64,000 nucleotides of DNA from NCBI GenBank assembly GCA_023515725.1, contig JALDTO010000179.1:392053-456052 (forward strand), given 5' to 3'. Origin of the DNA: Amoeboaphelidium protococcarum X5. Taxonomy: Eukaryota; Fungi; Aphelidiomycota. Under the pieces are notes generated by a model that saw nothing but the letters and a program-made list of their open reading frames with translations, did not search any database and was not told the DNA's origin. The position numbers and the translations under genes are program-made. Shown piece after piece: positions 1-14,000 of the stretch. The first letter of the stretch is position 1. Every line of letters begins with the position of its first letter.

Positions 1-1133
<1,133 letters not shown>

Positions 1134-1574
1134 AATAAACTGAAATCTTAAGTAACTCGAAAACGAAAGTTTATTCCAAAACCAGTAGATATATAGAGTT
1201 TAGATTTAAAATAACAACAACCTTCTGCTAGCTCAAGTCAACTTGCTGAGAGAGAAAGAGAAAGCACGAGAGAGTTTTGACGAAAGAGCGACCGCTTAAC
1301 ACAACTGCAGAGAGAGCGCGCTATTTTGATAGTGTGAGCTAACAGACGAACATGCGAGCAGTAGAAAGGACAGGAGTGTCTTACAGTAAAGTATATACTA
1401 GTTTACTGGTGGATTTACTGCATTACAAAAAGATCGTTCGCTTTGGCGGCAGTATACTGAAGTTGAATAAATAGATAGTCGTGTACCGAATATAGTATAA
1501 AACGGATCATAAAGTTAAAGATTACAAATGCAACTTAACTGACTTTATACCCCACATTAGAAAGCAATTGTGAA

Positions 1575-3002
1575 TCAATCATCCTCTTCATCTTCGCGGA
1601 CATCCTCTGCACCAGTGCCTTTAATAACTTTCGTGACCACCTTGACAATCAGCAAAAACCAGTATATGAGAAGAGACTGCAATAGTACAAACAGTGTCAG
1701 AAAGAAGATCCATGTGCCAACAGAGAAATATGCGCCAGGCTTACTATGGTCAATCTTTGATGATGATGATGACTGCTGATCAATTGCAAACATTGCTCTA
1801 ACCAAGTACGGGTTCCATTCGACATTCTTCAAGATATCAACAGCATCTACGTAGATCGATCGCACTATGAAGTAGTATAGAATATGCCTGGTCACTAGCC
1901 ATACAACGGTGAACAAGCCAAATAGAATATCACAAATAAACTGATACTTTTTATCTAGTAGATACTTTAGCGACTTGGCAGCACAGAGAAAGACATCCGC
2001 TGCATCCATGACTATAAGTACAACATTCCCGATACGCGTAAAGTGGAATAGATATGAACTAAGGACAAGCATAGACGTAATACCATGATGCGCTGTCATG
2101 GCCCAGTGATCCTTTCTACGCTCATGTCTCTCTGTGAAAAATAGAAATTAAGACAACTACTGCAGCCAAAACGATGCTTGCACCAAATAGTACCACTTTA
2201 TCAAGCTAGGCAACTAATACACCGGGTAATCAGTCCAGCACTCTCGCAAGTTGAATGGATAATATTTTTCACGAGACCATATGTACAAGCCCATAGATAG
2301 GGAACATACATAATAAATAAACAAATAAGACTATTCAGCAAATCGACTTGCCATGGCTGATCTAACAGAGACTTGAGCTTTTAGTAACTCATTCTACATC
2401 ACAGATGATGCCTTTTAAGGACTTGCATCACTCGAAGCCACTTTGACACGATGGAAAGCAAACGTGTACAGTCCGAGCGTCAGGGTCTTTTATATCACCG
2501 TCATAATAGCAATCCAGCCCAGCACGAACAAGATGTCATAAGGACCTTTCTAAAACAACACGCCTTGATCATCCAAGTTATAATTATATGATTAATCAGC
2601 GATGGTATTAGGCACTGGGTAGGATAGAGAGATGAATTACTTCAGCGAAATACGTGCAGATTAAATATTTTAGCAAATGGGATTCGGATTTCCCACGGCG
2701 CAGTAATTCTGCTTTACATACTTTACACAGTTGACGGCGAACATGACAATCAGGATGGCATACAGATACTTTCTCACCATATTTCCACTTTTCTATTCTT
2801 ACTTTACGCTATTCACAACCTCATCCACAGTAGCTTTAAACTATTACTATTACTACTATTACTAAGCTGGTAACTAATCACGAGATGTCTGCGCCAAATC
2901 GTTGTCATTCTACTAGTAATTCGAGCTCTTCTCTACTCTCGTTTCCTACTTCTATTGAGGTAATACCTGCAAATCTCCCAGGCCCTTCTTTTACAGAGTC
3001 AT
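1575..3002 (-). CDS. Ceramide synthase, LAG1/LAC1 (TLC domain)
   Basis: ATG 3002 is in frame with track ORF 1575..2099. Lag1-motif-like RKDHWAMTAHHGITSMLVLSSY..RIGNVVLIVMDAADVFL..AK, and C-terminal DVREDEEDD then TGA. The N-terminal polyQ is TAG/TAA-coded. Confidence 0.9.
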
Positions 3003-3670
3003 CCACGGAATAATAATAAGAATAATGTCAAATGTGAATAGAATTAATAAAATTATATGAATCTGAATAAGGACAACAAGAATGAAAGGTATATTTTATT
3101 TCGATAATAAAAGCCGAGATTCACAAAGCTGGCCTGTCTCCTTATAACGTGACAGCCGGCCGTGCGAAGAATTAAAATGCGAAGAGATGGCGCACTCGCG
3201 CGTCCCCGTTGATGAGATTCAATGACCGCTCTTTTATGATGCATGGTGCCCTGTTTTAAAGTAAAGACTTGACAAAATTTTCAATCAAATTTAACACAAA
3301 GATGCGACGGGTAGTTTCAACCGTGAGAGAGATAAAGAGAGCGGCGGCTAGAAAGTTGGGTGTAGTGATTCCAAATTGGGCTAACGCCATGATCTGCAAA
3401 CATATTCAATCTCTAAGTGAAATAGCTTCATGTTTTAGAAGGCCTTCTTATTTATTTCATAACAACCTTCGACAATACTAATATTATATCTTGTCCCATC
3501 ATATCGGCAATCTAATATACCGTTTATTTTGAACTTTTATTACTCTTACTTGATCTCAACAGGAGTCGTGTTTGCTCGTAGCAATCTATCTTGCCGAACT
3601 CTTCTCTCTTTCTGTCTAATCAACTTGTCAACTTAAACGTTTATCTTTATAGTGTGAATATAGCATTAAA

Positions 3671-4870
3671 ATGCTGGCTTCACTTTTTCTACCATCGCAT
3701 GTTACGGAAAGTCTTTAGCTATTGAAAGACCAGCGACTGCTCGAGAGATAAGTTGCCACTGGACAGTTGCCGACACTGCCTGAAAGTAGTCCAGTTTGGA
3801 AGCATGTGAAAGACATTTCTAGTTTTATGGCTGAGAATAAACAAGTTCTGGATCTGTTGGGAGACATCACTTTTCACTTTGGGGTGCCATGTGAGACAAT
3901 TTATGATTGCGCTGTGGTAGTTCTTGGTAATGCTATGAGTTCGCTGCTTGTTGACGCGTCTCTGTTGTATGACATTTACGAGCAGGGCATCATCGCGGCT
4001 CTAAGATGCTATTAGCTAGGCAGTGGAAGCGGTGATGAAAAGTATTATAAGTAGGCTAGCAAGTGGCTATAAGTGCTGGAATCAAAGTTCTCAGCCGGCA
4101 GTGTTCGCGTAAAGTTGCTTAAAGTCAAGTTGTACGAGTCAAAGCAGTAATGGAGTGAGGCTTACGCTATTTATGATTCTATAATTAAAACCAAGACTGT
4201 CACTCAGAATTCTCAAAGTACCAAGAGCAAAGCGAAATAGTCATAGTAGGACAAATAAGTGTTGACGTTTGATTTAGATTAGTCTTTGCATATTCCTGTT
4301 CATTTAGTGCAGCAGGCGATGAAGTAGAGAAGTTAGTGTGGCGATACAGACTCTGCGATTTAGTTGTTGGTGTCGATGCTGGACATTTTCCCATCTGATC
4401 CAGAGATTTGGATGTTATTGTGTTCCCTCTATTGTAAGAAGGTGCTGGGTGGTGGTGATTAATCGACTGCGGATAGTATATCTTTTATCGACCTGGCAAT
4501 GTATTGTGTGGAAGAGTTGATTGTGCTGAGGCCTTTGAATTACCTGTTCAGCACTCTATATGGTGAATTGTTACGTAAGAAGGCTGATTTAATTGTTGAA
4601 TCCTAGCCTGATGGTACATTGAGTGATACTAAAGTGGCACAGACTTACTGTGATACCCTCTCGTTAAGCCGCAAGTACTTTGCATCAACTTTGGAACTGA
4701 ATCCTGCGTTCTTACATGCCGCCGAGTAGGTATGTGCTCTGTAAAAGTAAATCAAGACTGTCCAGGCGCAGTTTAAGTTGACTTTAGATGCATCAGCGAA
4801 ATCCTCTGCTCAGGTAGATGAACTGGTCGCGTTATTATAAGGGCAAAGACTAACCTCTAGTGCTGCTTGA
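3671..4870 (+). CDS. ER membrane complex subunit 2 (EMC2/TTC35)-like TPR protein
   Basis: Continuous 400 codons. Motifs YEQGIIAAL, KFSAGSVRVKLL, FPSDPEIWMLLCSLY, AMYCVEELIVLRPLN and SRKYFA match EMC2 hallmarks. Confidence 0.75.
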
Positions 4871-4971
4871 ACTTGATACTGTAACATCTTTAGTATTGAA
4901 AATGTCACAATCATACACCTTACTATTTCCATAAACATATATATATTTTTCACTTATTAAGGTATTACTAT

Positions 4972-5511
4972 TCATAACTCCTAACCTTTCGCTAGTAGAA
5001 TAGGCACTTGTGCCTCTTATAGAATCTTTTGGGAGACACTTCCAATCTGCTGCCTCTTGGCCGCGTTCTGACCATGACTACCTACTACGACCACGGAGAA
5101 CTTGTGAGAACTGTATCCGCCACCATTCTCTGTATTTATCAATTTAATCAAAGCCGCTGCAGGATTATGCTCAATTTCGACTACATATTACACGTTAATC
5201 TTCAGACCCACCGGGTTGCCTTGAGAATCACATAGTTTCCCCAATTGATACTCGTACAGCTCTTGCATCCGCTTAATAGCCAACTTCTCTTCATGCAATG
5301 CATCAAACATATCTGAGCCTCCAATATGTCTTTCATTCTGCGGTGGCTAGATAATGTGCACCAGCGTCAGTACTTCATGATGTTGGGCATCTGGATGGGA
5401 CTCCTTCTTGTCTTAACATGCATTGTTAATGAGAAGCTGTTCCATGGCAATCCTTAAAGCATATCGAGAGCACGATGAAAAATCAGTAGCCACCAATATA
5501 TTCCTAGTCAT
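4972..5511 (-). CDS. Universal stress protein (USP domain)
   Basis: MTRNILVATDFSSCSRYAL...LTLVHI...VVVVGHG...IGSVSQKILQEAQVPILLAK; 180 codons ending TGA. Confidence 0.9.
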
Positions 5512-5720
5512 ATTGTCTATTACTTATTTTTTTGAAGGCAAATGAACTACAGTATATAACTGAATGTTGAAATTGTTATTATGAAATCCTTTGCTGATGA
5601 AAGGACGGCCGCGAAGTGTAAGTTGTTCAGTATCACAATTCAGGATCAAATTCTCTAAACAATAAATAATGTATAACTACAAGTTATTTAGAGATTAGTA
5701 AGAATAATATATATTTAGTT

Positions 5721-6479
5721 TCATTATAAAGTTTCTGCTTTGGATCTGAGTACTCTTTAAAGTGCATCGTGGCCTTGAAGAAGTTCCTGATGAATGAACA
5801 AGTGCTACACTTTACCGCTGACAAAATCCGTATACTCGTACGTGACAAATGGCATCAACGTGGAGTGAGACTTTGGCCGCAGTTAGCTTACATGGAGCAT
5901 CATACTGCTAGGCCTTGACCAGAAATCCAAGCGCGTAACTTTAAGTGGAATATCTTCAATGGACGCGTAAGATTCCGTATCCACTGGAGCCTCTAATTAG
6001 ATCACGTACGATCTCAATAGAAGGGATAACAAAGCAGTACTACTCCATCCAGTGGCAATCACCATTGTTGATACCGCGACAGTGAGTGGACTGATTTAAG
6101 GTATAATTGAGGCAGCGGTCTCTGCTATAGCAGCAGTTGATTGAGGAGATGACGATAGCTGCTCTGATGCCGCCATCTATGCAGCAGCAGATACACTAAC
6201 TTTGCGCGTAGGATTAAGCACAAAGAAGGGCACGCAAGCAGTAGCGATAAAGGCAGTACTCAACGATATTTTTTTTAACAATTTCAATGGGCCGATATAT
6301 GGGCTCTTATATATCTACTTCCACTCTTTGACTTTGTGCTGTACGTTAAGATTCAATTAATTCTATGATACACGCGTCTACGTGTCATTCACTTTAACAT
6401 TCAGCGACGAGCTATGTCTTATCAGATATGCAGTCTTGATATGTCTCTAGTTGCTTAACTTGACAATATTAATTGTCAT
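5721..6479 (-). CDS. TMEM70-like mitochondrial membrane protein
   Basis: Basic presequence-like N-terminus, then IYKSPYIGPLKLLKKISLSTAFIATACVPFF, second TM ...STALLSLLLRSYVIQL, and PFVTY; 253 codons. Confidence 0.65.
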
Positions 6480-7021
6480 TTAATTTGAAAACTTCCAAAT
6501 CATCGCCATCTAATTATTTATTTATTTCCCCACTTTTTAATAGAAGCGATAAGGCTGAAGCGAAATCAGTCTCGAACCATTGTTGAAATCGTATAGAGTC
6601 TCTTCATTGAGTTACAAAACTCTGATCATGCTAAAGTAATACGTGAATAGTGGACTGACAAATTTAATTTAGATAATTTGTGAGTTATTAGTAAATGCTT
6701 ACGAAGAACATTCGTTATGATAGTGAGTGGATGGACTTTTTCAATGGAACAATGCCACATGTTCCTAAGTTATGATTTGGCCGCGCTCTTTTACTCTCTC
6801 TCTATCTCTCACTAACTCACTCGCTCGCTCTCTTTCGACTCCTCGCTTATTCCTTCATCAATCAATCAATCACCTACTGAGTGCATTAACTTATTAACAC
6901 CTGAAATACTAAAGTTTTAACTTGTTTGCATTGTGTCTCTGTATCTCTGTCTAAAGTATATCATCAAAGTTTACATATCCTTTGGATCAGTATTATCACA
7001 TAAGTAGTAGAAATTACAATA

Positions 7022-9211
7022 ATGTCGTCTTAGAATCCAGAAAATCATCCTGTGGTTGTCCAGTTGGAATAAATGCTGCAATCGTACTATAGTAATAATA
7101 ATCAATCAGAGTAGTAGTAATAGTAGTCATCTTCATCATCCAGTTCTGGAGTATCAGCTAGTAAGATCTAAGGCGTCACTAAGCATGCTATAAAGAATGC
7201 ACACATGTACAAAATGATTGTCTGGGCGGTGGAGAGATATCTGGCCAAGTGTCCCGTCAACTACAGAATCTATGGAATATACACGGTGGACTCGATATGT
7301 CGCGCATTGAAGAAGGATTTTGATAGCGTTGGTCGTAAAGGTAATGGGTCTTCATCGTCATCATCATCATCATCTTTGAAGTATAAAGAATCTTTACAGG
7401 CGCGTATTTCATCTAAGCTATAGGAAATCTTCTCATTTCTGGTGAAGAAGAGTAGTAGTGGTAGCAATGAGAGCGTTAATAGTTCTGAATCTTCAAATAC
7501 TATATCTCGTACAGATGAGGCTAAAGTTTGCAAGCTGATTAGTATGTGGTAGAAGAGTGGTATATTTGAAGGCACTGTAATACGTGATTTGCTTCAAAAA
7601 TATCCGCAGTTTTAAGAGAAAGAAGGTGGTGAATAAGAAGAGCAAGAGGTGGATGTTGAGTAAGATGTCAATGACGAAGATAGTATTGCAAGTGGTGGTG
7701 ATGGAGTTGCATAAAAATCGTCTTTGGCACAAGGCAATTAGAGTGATGCTTAAATGTCATCTGTGGCTCCCATCAGTCAGCCGCATACATCTTCTGATAC
7801 AATGTCATTGCCAACCAGCTCATCATTACCTTTGCAAGTAACTACTCCACGAACTCAAGTCGACAATCCCCTGCAGTTTGACTATGGAGATGAAGAATAT
7901 AAGCCCATGGTGGTGACAAATGGTGGCCCGGTGACTTCTGTTGGTGGAGATGGAAATAATACTTAGCAGGTGGTTTTGGATTAATAAGGCGCGATGCAGA
8001 ATAGTTTGTAGACTCAGGTGATACTATAGATATCGTAGTACTTGCAGTAGTCTATCGGTGCATAGTAGTAGAAACCGCAGCAGTAGTAGTAGTAGTATCC
8101 ATAGGTATAATAATAATATATGCCGTAGTATTAGATGTAGCAGCCGTAGTAATAATCACAGAATCCCGCGCCAATGCCTTTCAGTCTACCTGATCCAGAT
8201 GTTCTTGCCAGTTTAGCTGCTAATTTTAACATTCCATCTCCTGCTGCATCATAGTAATATTAATAGTAATACCTTGCTAATAATTAGGTAGCTTTAGAAC
8301 AAAATAGTTATCCGGTTGTTGGTAATAGTAACTAGTAATAGTTTGAAAACGATTCCCAGTTTAAACGTCGTAAAACAGATGCGTATTAAGCCACAAACTA
8401 CGCTTAAGCTCCATCATAATAATATAATTTTAATCAGTAATACTAGCAAGCGGAACAATAGCAGTAGTAAACTTATTAGCGGCGGTAGCATTCGATTACT
8501 CAGCCTGTAGATGGTAGTTAGAAATGGCTCCAAAGAGTTCAACCATTCCCGTCTAATCCCAATCGGACCATGTATGCTGATCAGGCGGTCCCTTTGGACG
8601 AAGTTCATGTCCTCACCAGGACTGTTTACTTGGGAGATTTACCATCTCATATGGTTGATGCTCAGAGCATTGCACCCCTGGTTGCGTAGTTCAATGCTGA
8701 AGTTATCACCTTGGTTAAGAGTAAGATGGAAGCGTTTGTCAAGTTTAGCTCCCGGCAAGATGCGGAATACTTCCGTCAGTATTGTACTGATAATGCCGGC
8801 AATCAGCAGTTATAAATTCCCGCAATAATAGATTGGGCATGTGGATTTAGTTTGAGAGAGTACTTTGATAAAGCGGATGGAGTCTCGGTATTGAAGATTT
8901 CGGAATTGCAGGAGAAGGATGTGAGTAAAATTTGTATTGCTCTCGGTATGTCGTTCTTGCAGTAATATTGGCAGCAGGTGTACACATCGGGTAGATTACA
9001 GTAAAATGTTTAGAGTGGCGGTGGTATATTATCTGCAGATATTGAAAGAGCTCAATCTCTCGGTGGAATTTGGTTGGGCGGCCTGGTGGTTGAGGAGCCC
9101 GACGCGTACATCAATCCGCCTAAAAGTCCAAATGTAGATGTTCTAGTGCTTGATTAGAAGCTAGGAAGTCCTCAAACCACTTCCACGTAGAAAAGATCGA
9201 GATATAGTTGA
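7022..9211 (+). CDS. Nrd1/Seb1-like Pol II CTD-interacting (CID) + RRM protein
   Basis: CID (GVSASKIQGVT...YRIYGIYTVDSICRA), Q-rich linker, split RRM (VHVLTRTVYLG...EAFVKF...WACGF...GLVVEEPD); 730 codons. Confidence 0.85.
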
Positions 9212-9412
9212 AGTGGAGTAGTTGATGATCTTTATTGCTTCGAACACTCTTTCCATTTGATAATAACGAAGCAACTGGCAAAGGCGGTTATCGCGACCGT
9301 AAAAAGTAGTTACTAGAACGTTTAATTACAATTTTATCGCCCTTAATATCAAGCGTAGTACCTATTGCGACGTAAATGCTTTAAATTGATTTAAATTTAA
9401 ATGTTCAATAAA

Positions 9413-10531
9413 TCAACATGACATTGATTTTAAAATGTCTAATATCCATGGGTTGAGGGGACCATCACCTGCAATCACAATGTCGAAAGTCTTAAAATAG
9501 AGATCTACAAAGTGCAGAATCTCCGCGTACGACAGGGATTCATTACCAACACACTTCCAGCGATTGGAATCTTTATCCATAATAAATCTGTTCATCAGAC
9601 CAATTGTGATCACATCTTCCATATCGAGGCCATGCACCATTTGAATGTCACTCAATGAATCGCCGAGGAGCAGAACGTGTTTCCTCACAGTGACAATCTC
9701 TACGTGTTTCGCTGAGGCATTTGGAATCTCCTTGGCAGGAGCCTGGACACCATTACCTTCCGCTGGGTGACAAGGATCATCAGGGTATCTATTGAAGCCA
9801 TTCTTCAACATTGATGCAAACTCATTCTTGTTGAATACGTGAACGGTAGGCTCGTAGAAACCCACATTTATGCCAGTGTTCTAATCAAAGATCATTCTAT
9901 TGGATATGACGTGCATTTGATCCGTATACAAATCGCTAAACTTGAGCATAGTCTCGATTACATCAGTGATACCTGCAGAGAACACCAGCACGGGCACATT
10001 CTACTGCCTAGTGAATTCCACCAGGTGATCAAAGCCTTCGCGGAACCATACACCTTGCTCAGCTGTCATCTCCTCTAAATGCCCACGCGTGAACTACAGC
10101 GACAAGATCTACTCATGAGCCTCTTTCCACCACTGCACCATGTGTGGAATCTTCTGCTCCATGGTCATCTTGGTGGAAATCTCAATGGGGAAGTACTTGT
10201 CAAAGGTCGCCTATGACGCAATTCTGTACGACTCCGGAGTTTTGCTGTAATGATGGAACATGCCATGTGAGCTCATATTTCTCTTCCCATTAACCCAGTT
10301 CTTTGTCAACGTCATATCGAAATCTACACTATACTCCGAAAGTAAGTTATTAGCGAATAACATAGTGAGATGAATTTAAATCTTACCAGCGACGATATGC
10401 AGTTGATCTAGACCAGCGTCAATCAATCGCTACAACTTGGACTATACTTTGGGCACATCGTGCATGTACAAGTTTGGCTAAAGACTCAATGTCTTGATTA
10501 ATACTTAACTCTTGGTCGCGCTTTTGGTCAT
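9413..10531 (-). CDS. Cytosolic pyrimidine 5'-nucleotidase III (NT5C3, HAD family); intron 10324..10386
   Basis: Splicing GTAAGA..GTGTAG restores LHIVADFDMTLTK. Also KIPHMVQWW, LVFSAGI, VLLLGDSLSDIQM. Confidence 0.92.
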
Positions 10532-10979
10532 GTGGTTGTAATTGTTTTAATTCCCTGTTATTTAGATAGATGATGAAATGAAATCGATCGAAATCGCGAT
10601 TCTTCAGGTGTGATAAGTATACACCCGAAGGAGAATTGAAGATTTTTCACAATAGAAACAGTATCCTGAAATTAGAAGTTACACAGCGAATAATTAAAGA
10701 AAGACTATAGTACAATATATTCCATTGAAACTATTCGCCATTACGTGTTTAAAGGTGGAACGAGCAGTCCCACCCAGAGAAGTTGAGCGATGGACTGAAG
10801 AATCTTTAATCTCTCGCCTGTCCCGCTCTACTGTATGTGCTGTTTCATTTCATTTCTCATTTCAATTTTGGTTAACTACTGTAATTCGCGAACTAAAATT
10901 CCACATAATCTCTTGTAGCTTATTTTCGCTCTAAGAATTGTTGATCTTGAAAGGTTTTCTATATAGCTTATACTGAAAT

Positions 10980-12230
10980 ATGGAATTTTTCGCTCATCAT
11001 GAAGAGTCTGACCATATAAAAGATAACTGCTAGAAAGCTCTGGCGTTTATGGAACATCAAAAGTCACTGGGACGTAAGATTGTGCTGTTAACTGTAAGAA
11101 CATAACTTATTGATATTATACGCGCAAGTCCCATCTATAAACTTACTAATGTGTAGAGCGGCGGTACATAAGTTCCACTGGAGAAGAACATGGTGAGATT
11201 TATTGACAACTTTTCGCTGGGAACTCGAGGTGCTGCATCTGCAGAGTACTTCCTCAGACTTGGATATGCTGTGATCTTTATGCATCGCGAGGGCAGTCTG
11301 TAGCCATTCATCAGACACTGGTAGCAGTCTCATAAGAAGCACGGTGAAGTTGCTCGTGCCTTTCCAGAAGGATTTGCATTCCCGTGGCTGGATATCTCTT
11401 CTGATGGTCAAGTCGCTATCAAACCGGAAGATTTACGCAAGATGTCCGCCAGTCTGTCGGAGTTGTAACACTTTCACTCATAAAAGTAGATTCTACTTTT
11501 GGATTACATCACAGTGCATGACTACTTGTTCATGTTGAGATCTGTCAGTAGATCTTTGGGATCGATGTTAGGCAAGAATGCGTTATGGTATCTCGCTGCA
11601 GCAGTCAGCGACTTTTGTATTCCATCTTCAGACTTGGTATGTCTCATATTATGCTAGTTTTGATTGTTGATTATGTTTATATTCACTGTACTTGTGTAAG
11701 TGTAGGCCACGCATAAGATCTAGAGTGCCGATGGATCGCTGACTCTGAAGATGGAGCAGGTGCCCAAGATTTTGAAGCCGCTCGTGTCTGAATGGGCATC
11801 CAGAGGCTTTATAGTGTCTTTCAAGTTGGAAACTGATCCGCAATTGTTGTCTATAAAATCCACCAATGCTCTGAAGAATTATGGCCATCAGGTGGTGATT
11901 GGCAACATCCTGTCCACTAGAAAGTCTCAAGTTGTGTTCTATTCTCGGAAGCATCTAATGTCTCCATAGTAGTTGTAGTACAATTCCAGTAACAACCATA
12001 CACCATCATCGTCTGGTAGGTAAACGCCTTCTGTAGACGGCCAATTGCCTGTTACGTCTAATGAAAACCACATTTAAGTGCCGCCTCATTCTACTGCAGT
12101 CACTGATGCATTTCAGGTCACCTCGATCACTATGGATTAATCTGAACTAGATGGTGGAGGTGAGATTGAAGAGAAGATTGTATAAAACATATCCAATATG
12201 CACGATGAATGGATATCCTTGAGGGATTGA
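10980..12230 (+). CDS. CAB2: Phosphopantothenate-cysteine ligase (PPCS/Cab2); introns 11094..11156 and 11637..11705
   Basis: Spliced product has [47 protein letters not shown] (Q=TAG), [16 protein letters not shown]. Confidence 0.95.
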
Positions 12231-12419
12231 TAAATTACTTAACTTTAAATTATCCGACTTTCTAGTTTAGTCAATTTTTAGTGTTCAATTGTAAAATGAT
12301 GATATCGGAGGGGAGGTGACAGTTTTAAGTCAAATGAAATCAATTATAAATAAAGAGAATACTACACAATAACATGAGTTCAATACGCTAGACAGCGGTA
12401 TATAAATAGTCAGCAGTTC

Positions 12420-13139
12420 TCAAGCAATATTGACAAGGTGATCTTTAATCTCACCAAGAGTCAGCTTTCGGAACTTGCCAGCATGTGGACCGGAATCTTG
12501 AACGACGCCAATCTCAAGTCCATCTTCACTAACACCACCTTCCATACCTTCCTTCAGGGTCAGAATGGCAACATGGATCGCATCCTCCAACTCCAATTCA
12601 TCATTGTAACGCTTCTCCAGGAACGTCTTGGCATTGATCTAATTCTTACCAATTGCCGTAGCCTTCCATGGGAAGTATGAACCAGATGGGTCAACCTGGT
12701 ACAGCATATGCCCCTACTCATTGTCATAGCCAACGATCAGCAGCGATACACCAAACGGGCGAACACCACCACTCTAAGTGAACTCTTACATGACTGCGGC
12801 AACTTCGCGCACCAACACAATGGTGGAAGGACACTCTCCATACACTTGCTTATACTTGCTAGCACTCTTTCTAGCCTTGCTAACTAGAACACGGCTATCC
12901 GGACCCATACCGCTGTAAACCAGTCCAATATTGTCGCAAATGGTGTATACCTTGGTAAGCACAGAGTCATCCACTAACGAGGACGGAGCCTTCTTCTCCG
13001 TGGCAATGACACACCCATTCTTGGCCTTTATTCCAATGCTGGTCATTCCCTGAGCGACTGCATTCAGAGCATACTCAATCTGTACCAGCTTTCCACTAGG
13101 CGAGAATGTAGTCAATGAGAAACTGTATCTATCAGACAT
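12420..13139 (-). CDS. PRE8: Proteasome 20S subunit alpha type-2
   Basis: [21 protein letters not shown]; [14 protein letters not shown] with both conserved Gln coded TAA/TAG; 240 codons. Confidence 0.97.
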
Positions 13140-14000
13140 TATTTATCTATACAATGTAACTTTAACTTGATTTCTTGTGTAGTGTACTGTAGTCGCGCTA
13201 GATGATTTACTCTCGAAAAGAACAGCGAAGAACGAAAGCTGGACGAAACGCAGCGACGCCAACATACGGACACGTTGTCCTTATTGCCTCAGTATAATAT
13301 TTTTCGTGCCAGAGCATTCAAAACTACTTTCAATCTATGGCGAATGATGTATTTCATGGTCGCTCCAAGTTTTACGCCGTCAAACCGAGTTGTGGTGAAG
13401 TAAAGTCGAAATAATTTAATACACCTAGTGCGCAAACGGTCAGTGAGCTGATCAATGAGAGTGTGCAGTAGAGGAGACTGCTGTGAAATGAAATGATTAT
13501 CGCCAACTTTGGAGAATAAGTTAACCGATTAAGTCTTGCACGTATTGCAAAATTTCTGGAAATAGAGTGTTGTCGAGATTGAGGAAACCGCCTTCATCTG
13601 TCTCGAAGTTTACAGAGAGCCGGCGTGAGTAGTAGTGTCTAATGTTTCGACTGAGAAAAGACGTGTAATTTCTACTCTAGATTAGGAGTATGCAAAAGAA
13701 CATTTCTTTATGATATAGCCTTTATACCAAATTCCTCTGCAGGTAAGTATCGCGCTTGTGCTCGTTCTTGATAGTTAAAGCTCGCACTATCGCTCTAAAA
13801 CGTTCTTGTTTCAACAACTTTGTTCCTTCTTTCATTTCTCGTTCTTCAGCACAGTCTCAAGTTATACTGTAAGTACTGCAGTAGCTGTTCCTAATTGATT
13901 AGTCGCGTTGACTATAGTTCTGCACCATCCATTTCTAGCTGGTCTTGTATTCTTCTAGTATTCATTGAACTGTGATTACCATTTATTGAAGTTTAAAAGA

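Noticed and set aside
8060-8480. TAG/TAA periodic arrays as CRISPR or satellite repeats
   Set aside because: They are in-frame Gln tracts inside the Nrd1/Seb1-like CDS.
13330-13760. Coding-looking fragments upstream of the DONSON-like gene
   Set aside because: Broken by TGA within about 50 codons and no recognisable homology.
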